Below, one piece after another: positions 58,088-64,000 of a stretch of 64,000 bases of DNA. The notes under the pieces were generated by a model that was not told the origin of the DNA, made no database searches, and saw nothing but the letters and a program-made list of their open reading frames with translations. A program made the position numbers and the translations under genes. Within the stretch, counting starts at the first letter, position 1. Each line of letters starts with the position of its first letter. The DNA comes from Candidatus Micrarchaeia archaeon (lineage in GTDB: Archaea > Micrarchaeota > Micrarchaeia > Burarchaeales > Fermentimicrarchaeaceae): positions 288,001 through 352,000 of the forward strand of contig JAVZHX010000001.1 of NCBI GenBank assembly GCA_038871515.1, given 5' to 3'.

Positions 58088-59266
58088 CTAGAATAATGCG
58101 CTCAGCACCTTAAGAAGCTGAGGCCTTTTGAGAAGAACTTTCTCAACAACTGGTTTATAATCCCCTTTTATCAACTTATCCAAATCCTCATCATTCAAAT
58201 TTTCAAAAACTGCATTCAAATCATCATCATTTAATTTTTCAAGCACCTTCCTCAAGCGCAACCTTCTCATCAACTTCGGCTCAGCTTTCTTCCTCCATTT
58301 GGTTTCATACTCATATAAACTCTTTTTATCAGTTTTCCCCTCCAGCGCGCACTTCGCTGCAACCTCCCCAGCAATTCCACCTGCCTCCATCGCAAGAGCC
58401 ATTCCTCCTCCGTGAATTGGGTCAACCTGGTGAGCAGCCGTGCCAACAACCATCAACCCATCTGCAACAAGCTCCTTCAAAGGCTCTCCCACAGGTATCA
58501 AACCACCTTTTATTGCAACCGTTTGCGCATCCTTGAAACGCTTGTTATTCTTTATGAATTTCTCCAAATAATCAATTGCATTCCCTTTCTCCAAACCACC
58601 AATTCCCACTCCCACGTTTGCAACATCCTTCCCCTTTGGAAAAACCCACACGTAACCCCTTGGAGCAATGCTCCACCCAAAGTAAATTTCAATCAAATCC
58701 TCGCACTCAACATTCACCATCTCATATTCTATGCCAAAGTCAGTGTCGTATAGAGTTGCAGTTGAGTTCAAGCCAGCCCTTCTCGCAACAGTTGACTCCC
58801 CTCCATCTGCAGCAATCAGCACTTTGCACGTTGCCTCAAACTTCTCTCCCATTCTATTTGCTTTAACCCCGCAAACCTTCCCCTCCTTCTTTATAACATC
58901 ATAAACCTCTGTTTTCACAATCACTTCTGCCCCTGCCCTCCCAGCATCAATCGCCAAATCCTTGTCAAAAACCTTTCTGTCAATCACATAACCTCTCGTC
59001 TCTGGGTTCTGTATTTTCACTGCTCTCTTCATATTTGGAGAGTAAAGAACAGAACCGCTTATCTCAGCAGATATTGCATTTCTGGATAATTTCAAACCAA
59101 GCTCATCCAACCAATGCGAGCCGAGCCCCTCCCCGCATCTCACAGGCGCACCAAGCTCCTTTCTTCTGTCTATTAGTAGAACAGATGCTCCTCCCTTTGC
59201 AGCTTTTTTTGCAGCAAAGCTACCCCCAGGCCCCGCTCCAACAACAATCACATCGTAATCAACCAT
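58088..59266 (-). CDS. Geranylgeranyl reductase
   Basis: DVIVVGAGPGG, PVRCGE, ADG, PRGYVWVFPK, GGG; start MVDYD. Confidence 0.9.
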   Translation of the reverse strand: MVDYDVIVVGAGPGGSFAAKKAAKGGASVLLIDRRKELGAPVRCGEGLGSHWLDELGLKLSRNAISAEISGSVLYSPNMKRAVKIQNPETRGYVIDRKVFDKDLAIDAGRAGAEVIVKTEVYDVIKKEGKVCGVKANRMGEKFEATCKVLIAADGGESTVARRAGLNSTATLYDTDFGIEYEMVNVECEDLIEIYFGWSIAPRGYVWVFPKGKDVANVGVGIGGLEKGNAIDYLEKFIKNNKRFKDAQTVAIKGGLIPVGEPLKELVADGLMVVGTAAHQVDPIHGGGMALAMEAGGIAGEVAAKCALEGKTDKKSLYEYETKWRKKAEPKLMRRLRLRKVLEKLNDDDLNAVFENLNDEDLDKLIKGDYKPVVEKVLLKRPQLLKVLSALF

Positions 59267-59270
59267 AAAC

Positions 59271-59444
59271 TCACTTCCTAAGCTCAATTGCTTTCGCCGG
59301 GCATGCTTTCGCACAGTTCCCGCAGTTTATGCACTTCTTCTCATCATACTCAACAAACGTCTCCTTCAAAACAAGCGCAAGCTTTGGGCAAACGCCAACG
59401 CACGCTCCGCAGTAGATGCATCTTGCTCTGTTGATTTCAATCAA
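59271..59444 (-). CDS. 2x[4Fe-4S] ferredoxin
   Basis: Manual translation with CIYCGACVGVCP and CINCGNCAKACP; directly upstream of the reductase. Confidence 0.9.
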   Translation of the reverse strand: MIEINRARCIYCGACVGVCPKLALVLKETFVEYDEKKCINCGNCAKACPAKAIELRK

Positions 59445-59491
59445 ACCAACACCTCAGCTCTCTCAATTATAGCTGTAAATTAATAAAAAAC

Positions 59492-60163
59492 TTACCACTC
59501 GTTATACTCAACATCGTTGAACTCGTAGACAATTTTATTCTCCTCATCCCTCCCGCTTGATACCTGGGCTTCAAGAATCTCCTTGCTTCCAGCCAAATTT
59601 ATATTATGCACAGGGTCAAACAAGTAAAACCTATTGCCGAAGCTGAACATGACGAACGCGTGCTTGAAACCCCCTTTCATCTCAACAACAACCTTCGCCG
59701 TTTTATTCCCAAGTGCAATAAGCAAGGAACATAGAAAAATTGCCTTATCCATTTCATCAGCAGCTTTCAGCTCAAGTATTTCCTTTGGAGTTAACCAGAA
59801 CTCAATTGGTATCTGCTCTGTTTTTATTTCATCCCTCACAAACTCAAATGCTTTCTGAGCAGCTGCTGGAAAATCTCTCTCATAATCGTACTCCTTAAAC
59901 TCGCGCAGTAATTTCTCTTTAACCTCAATCACCGCGGAGCTTTGGGGTTTCACAAGGCTCCTTAACTCAGGAATGGATTTGCTTTCCCCTGCTTCTATAA
60001 GCTCCCTGTACCTTTCAATTATCTTCTGGTATATCCTCTCCCTTCTTTTGTATGCTTCCAGCTCCTCATCTGACTTCTTTGGTGGAGGCTCCTCCTTCGG
60101 CTGCTCCTCCTTCTTCCTGAGGAAGGGGATGATGTTTGCAGCGAATATTATTATATATATCAC
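59492..60163 (-). CDS. Transglutaminase-like fold protein, catalytic Cys absent
   Basis: FEFVRDEI, FW.TP.E.L, ADEMDKAIFLCSLL, HAFV, LFDP. Confidence 0.65.
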   Translation of the reverse strand: MIYIIIFAANIIPFLRKKEEQPKEEPPPKKSDEELEAYKRRERIYQKIIERYRELIEAGESKSIPELRSLVKPQSSAVIEVKEKLLREFKEYDYERDFPAAAQKAFEFVRDEIKTEQIPIEFWLTPKEILELKAADEMDKAIFLCSLLIALGNKTAKVVVEMKGGFKHAFVMFSFGNRFYLFDPVHNINLAGSKEILEAQVSSGRDEENKIVYEFNDVEYNEW

Positions 60164-60211
60164 CTGATATTCTCTTATGACGTTTAATTAATAAATTCTA
60201 TAGGTGATTTT

Positions 60212-61510
60212 ACGGAGATAACTTTTTTTGGCGGTGCCAATGAAGTAGGAAGGAACTGCATACTTGTTGAGGAGGGAAAAACAAACCTTCTTTTGGATGC
60301 AGGGATTAAGCTTGGGGAAACTGATGAGTATCCGCTGATAAGTGACTCAGAGGTAAGGAAGCTGAGGAGAATTGCAATAAGCCACACCCACCTAGACCAC
60401 GTTGGGTATCTGCCGCACATGTATTCAAGAGGGTGCAGAGCGGAGATTTATTCAACAAAACCAACTCATGATTTGACTCAGCTTCTCCTTGCGGATTACC
60501 AGAGAATAAACAGAGGGATGAAATTCAGCAACAACGATATAGTGAAAGCGATGAGGATGTGGAAGATGGTGGAGTATGGGGAGGTGGTTGGCGATAAACT
60601 GCAGTTCTCCTTCCACAAATCAGGCCATATATTGGGAAGCGCAATGGTGCTTGTAAGGGGAGGCTCCTCTCTTCTTTTCACCTCTGATGTTAATGATAGG
60701 GAAACCAGACTGCTGGAGGAGGGTGAAAGAAACATTGTTGCTGAGAATATGATTGTTGAATCAACTTACGGAGCTCCAACAGACCAGCACCCATCGCTTA
60801 AAAACGCATCAAAAATGCTTTGCGACAGCATAAACAGAACTGTGAAAAAAGGTGGAAAAGTTTTAATACCAAGCTTTGCAGTTGGGAGAGCACAGGAAAT
60901 TCTCTTCATACTTGAAAATTACATGAGCTCCGGGGTGCTTGAGAGAGTTCCAATTTTTGTTGATGGGATGATACTTAAAGCAAACAGAATATACAGGCAG
61001 AATGTTATTTACTGCAGAGATGAAATACAGAAAAGAATTCTTATGAGCGATGATGACCCATTTAAAAGCAAATTCTTCCAAACACCAAGAACGAAGGATA
61101 GGAGCGATGTGCTGAAAGAAGGAAGCGCGATAATTGTTTCGACTTCGGGTATGTTAACCGGTGGGCCGGTGCTGCGCTATCTTGAGGCGCTTGCTGGTGA
61201 CCCGAATAACCTGCTTGTGCTGGTTGGCTACCAAGCTGAAGGAACTCTTGGAAGAAAGCTGTTAGACGGGGAGAGAAAAGTGGAGTTAAACGGAAAGGAA
61301 ATTGAAATAAAAATGGGTGTGGAGCAGGCGCACTTCAGCGCGCACGCTGACTTTAAGGGTTTGCTTGAAATAGTGAAAAGCATAAGGAAGTTGAAAAGAG
61401 TGTTTGTTATACATGGAGAGGGGGAGAAACCAAAGCTGTTTGGAGAGGCAGTTGCAAGGATGGGGTATGAAGTGATAATCCCAAGGAACACGGAGAGTTT
61501 CAGAATTTAG
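60212..61510 (+). CDS. Metallo-beta-lactamase / beta-CASP ribonuclease (apparent ACG start)
   Basis: EITFFGGANEVGRNC, HTHLDH, GHILGS, ESTYG, FAVGRAQE, FSAHAD, HGE. Confidence 0.9.
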   Translation, partial: TEITFFGGANEVGRNCILVEEGKTNLLLDAGIKLGETDEYPLISDSEVRKLRRIAISHTHLDHVGYLPHMYSRGCRAEIYSTKPTHDLTQLLLADYQRINRGMKFSNNDIVKAMRMWKMVEYGEVVGDKLQFSFHKSGHILGSAMVLVRGGSSLLFTSDVNDRETRLLEEGERNIVAENMIVESTYGAPTDQHPSLKNASKMLCDSINRTVKKGGKVLIPSFAVGRAQEILFILENYMSSGVLERVPIFVDGMILKANRIYRQNVIYCRDEIQKRILMSDDDPFKSKFFQTPRTKDRSDVLKEGSAIIVSTSGMLTGGPVLRYLEALAGDPNNLLVLVGYQAEGTLGRKLLDGERKVELNGKEIEIKMGVEQAHFSAHADFKGLLEIVKSIRKLKRVFVIHGEGEKPKLFGEAVARMGYEVIIPRNTESFRI

Positions 61511-61536
61511 TTATTTAATTGCAGAGGTATTTTATT

Positions 61537-62877
61537 ATGGATGAATTTCTGGAGAGATGCAGGAAGGTTAAGGAAAAGATAGAAAGCTTCAGAGCACCTC
61601 TGATTGTGAACCATTATGATGCAGATGGGTTGGCTGCTGGTGCGCTTGTTGCAAAAGCACTGGAGAGCATTGGGAAGGAGTATGAGATGCTTACACTGCG
61701 CAAGCTTGTTATGAGAAAGGAAATTGAGGAAGCTGAGGAGGTTATTTTCGTTGATTTTGGAGGGGTGGAGCTGCTTGGGGAGGAGTTGAAAGGAAAGAGG
61801 TTTGTGGTGATAGACCATCATCAGAGCATTGAAACCCCAACGCAGGCAAACCCTCATCTGTTTGGCTTTGATGGTGGAAGCGAGCTGAGCTCCTCCGGAA
61901 CTGCTTACTTTGTTTTCAGAAAACCAGAGCTTGCTGATTTGGCTGTTGTTGGGGCAGTTGGGGACATGCAGCTTCCCCTCAAAAGTTTGAACAGAAAAAT
62001 CCTAAGGGAGGGAATAGAAAACAGAGTTTTGAGGTGCGATGTTGATTTGAGTATATTTGGAAGAATTGGCAGGCCTCTTCCCTGGTTTCTCTCATACTGC
62101 ACGGAGCCATTCCTCCCTGGCTTGACTGGCAATGAGGGAAACTGCCATAGATTTTTGAATGAGGTTGGAATAGAGCTGAAAAGGGAGGGGGGATGGAGGA
62201 GGTATTTTGAGCTGTCTATTGAAGAAAGGGTTACGCTCATCTCAGCGCTTGTCGCATACCTGTATTCAAAAGGTAAATTTGAATCCGCCCATGAGCTTGT
62301 TGGTGAAGTTTATGAATTGGTTAACCAGCCTGAGGGAACTGAGCTGAGGGATGCGAAGGAGTACAGCACCCTTCTGAACGCGTGCGGAAGACATGGAAAA
62401 CCGGAAATTGGAATTAATGTTTGCTTGGGTAGAGAAGGCTCGCTGGAGAAAGCGAGAAGGATGCTTTACGAGCACAGGGAGGAGCTGAGAAAGGGTATGT
62501 TATACGCAGTTTCAAATTATGAAGACTTTGGAAGCTTTTATTTTCTTGACGGAAGAGGAAGAATTCAGGATGGGGTGATAGGCGTTATAGCTGGAATGCT
62601 TTACGGAGCTGCTCTTGAGGGAGATAAACCTATACTTGGAGTTGCATTTGATGAGGAAGGAAAAATAAAAATTTCTGCAAGGGGGACAAGAAAGCTCGTT
62701 GAAAGAGGGTTGAATTTAGGTGAAGTGTTGAGAAAAGCATGCGCGGGAATTGGAGTTGGGGGAGGGCATAACATAGCTGCTGGAGGAACAATTGAGAGAG
62801 ATAAGCTTAATGAATTCCTGCTGAACTTTGGAAGAGAGCTGCAAGCTTCTCACCAAAAATTTCAAGAGAAACCATGA
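61537..62877 (+). CDS. RecJ/GAN-like DHH phosphoesterase
   Basis: HYDADG, DFG, IDHH, GAVGD, GGGHNIAAG. Confidence 0.9.
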   Translation: MDEFLERCRKVKEKIESFRAPLIVNHYDADGLAAGALVAKALESIGKEYEMLTLRKLVMRKEIEEAEEVIFVDFGGVELLGEELKGKRFVVIDHHQSIETPTQANPHLFGFDGGSELSSSGTAYFVFRKPELADLAVVGAVGDMQLPLKSLNRKILREGIENRVLRCDVDLSIFGRIGRPLPWFLSYCTEPFLPGLTGNEGNCHRFLNEVGIELKREGGWRRYFELSIEERVTLISALVAYLYSKGKFESAHELVGEVYELVNQPEGTELRDAKEYSTLLNACGRHGKPEIGINVCLGREGSLEKARRMLYEHREELRKGMLYAVSNYEDFGSFYFLDGRGRIQDGVIGVIAGMLYGAALEGDKPILGVAFDEEGKIKISARGTRKLVERGLNLGEVLRKACAGIGVGGGHNIAAGGTIERDKLNEFLLNFGRELQASHQKFQEKP

Positions 62878-63718
62878 TGAGCAGTTGGGCAAGCAAGTTT
62901 GCAACCATTGGAATGGCAGCAGCAACCCCAAAGAGTTTCAGCACTATCGCAAATGAAAGCATCGCATTCTTAACGCTTGTTGCAACAAAAAAAGTAACTG
63001 CAGTTTTCTTCCCATACCTTCTGCCTAAAAAGTAAGCTACAACACCTCCAAAAAGCAGTATGAGCAACAGCAACGCAGTTAACTCCAAAAGCTTCAACTC
63101 GTTGTTAGCTATTGCGGTGTGGCTCACTCCAAATATGCCCCACGCAAGCAGGAGCATTACAATAAGCTGATAATCTCTGTGTTTGTTTATCTTTTCAGCT
63201 ACCCTTCTGAAAAGCTTCTTTGTCAGAAATGCTGCTGAAATTGGAATTAATATAACTTCGACAAGAAGGCCAAGTATTTTGTTGTTATCCACCTGCACCA
63301 CCGCACCTGCGAGCAGTTGTATTGTGAGTGGGATTGTCAAAAAGGAGAGAAGGGAGGAGAGGAAGGAGACTAGAACCCCGAGCGCTATGTCGCCACCAAG
63401 GAAAGAAACAAAGAATGGTGTTGCAGCTGCGCTTGGTGAGGAAAGCGCAAAGAGCACACCCACAAAACTCATTGGCTCTGAAAATTTGAAAGGGAGCGAA
63501 AGAAGCGGCATCATGACGAAAACTAGTGAGAGCAGCACAAGCAATCCTTTCACATCAACCTTCCCAAGCTCCCTTTTTTCAACTCTTAAAGCAGAGAAGA
63601 ACATGAGAAGAGCAAGAAGGGGATTGAGGTAATCCTTCCAGAGAAGAGAAACTTCTGGCAACAACAACCCAAATAGAATTGAGAGAATTATTGTGAGGGA
63701 GAACAGGTATTTACTCAT
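62807..63718 (-). CDS. Bile acid:sodium symporter family transporter
   Basis: Multi-TM; SPSAAATP, GGD, VKNA. Confidence 0.8.
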   Translation of the reverse strand: MSKYLFSLTIILSILFGLLLPEVSLLWKDYLNPLLALLMFFSALRVEKRELGKVDVKGLLVLLSLVFVMMPLLSLPFKFSEPMSFVGVLFALSSPSAAATPFFVSFLGGDIALGVLVSFLSSLLSFLTIPLTIQLLAGAVVQVDNNKILGLLVEVILIPISAAFLTKKLFRRVAEKINKHRDYQLIVMLLLAWGIFGVSHTAIANNELKLLELTALLLLILLFGGVVAYFLGRRYGKKTAVTFFVATSVKNAMLSFAIVLKLFGVAAAIPMVANLLAQLLIMVSLEIFGEKLAALFQSSAGIH

Positions 63719-64000
63719 CAAAATCACTCAGCTTTCTCTGCTTCATCCTTTCCACAGTCTCCCACTCCTTTCTTACGTATTTATGTAGTTGTTGTCTATG
63801 GAAGTTATTTTTCAAAAATTCAATTGTTCTCTCATCAGAGGTGTAACCACTCCCAAAATCGCAGGAAAACTCCTTCTTTATCTGTTCAATCACAGTATCC
63901 CTTTCAACTTTTGCTATTACTGAAGCAGCGGAAACAACTGGGTAGTTGAAATCCGCCTTATGCTCACAGATAAGCTCTGCATTTCCTTTGTAGTATTTTT
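63711..64000 (-). CDS. rnhB: Ribonuclease HII, C-terminal part (N-terminus outside window)
   Basis: Manual extension EHKADFNYPVVSAASVIAKVERD...FGSGYTSD; PIP box QRKLSDF. Confidence 0.9.
   Translation of the reverse strand, partial: KYYKGNAELICEHKADFNYPVVSAASVIAKVERDTVIEQIKKEFSCDFGSGYTSDERTIEFLKNNFHRQQLHKYVRKEWETVERMKQRKLSDFDE

Noticed and set aside
1..64000. CRISPR arrays, rRNA genes, transposases, integrases, reverse transcriptase/DGR
   Set aside because: No spaced repeat arrays, rRNA-like tracts or such protein motifs seen; nearly all sequence is accounted for by the listed genes

Overview
Gene-dense archaeal chromosomal segment with no CRISPR array, rRNA or transposase seen. It is probably from a DPANN archaeon of the Micrarchaeota type. 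That is inference from the separate PriS and PriL genes, tRNA introns at non-canonical positions, several class III signal-peptide pilin-like genes and a nuclease-less Hef. Core genes include Csl4-RpoL, PCNA-PriL-PriS-GINS-L44e-S27e-aIF2a-Nop10-PAC2, DnaG, Hjc, Hef, RecJ/GAN, RNase HII, RpoK, LonB, RNase P RNA and six tRNAs. Biosynthetic capacity is broad: purC/purE, pyrC, glnA, coaBC, phosphopantothenate synthetase, archaeal lipid enzymes and nickel-pincer larB/larC/larE. The most unusual items are these. (1) A signal peptide-VIT-vWA-TM-wHTH protein, a possible membrane-spanning regulator, with a palindrome beside its own TATA box. (2) A tRNA-Gly(CCC) with two 30-nt D-loop introns around a 5-nt exon, apparently needing ordered splicing. 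(3) A Zn-finger / LigD-type primase-polymerase / HycI-protease operon divergent from endonuclease III. (4) Three tandem SAM methyltransferase paralogs, the third frameshifted in a G-run inside motif I. (5) A beta-CASP RNase that appears to start at ACG. (6) An H/ACA-like hairpin upstream of toprim-dnaG. All calls come from motif recognition only; no database searches were run.
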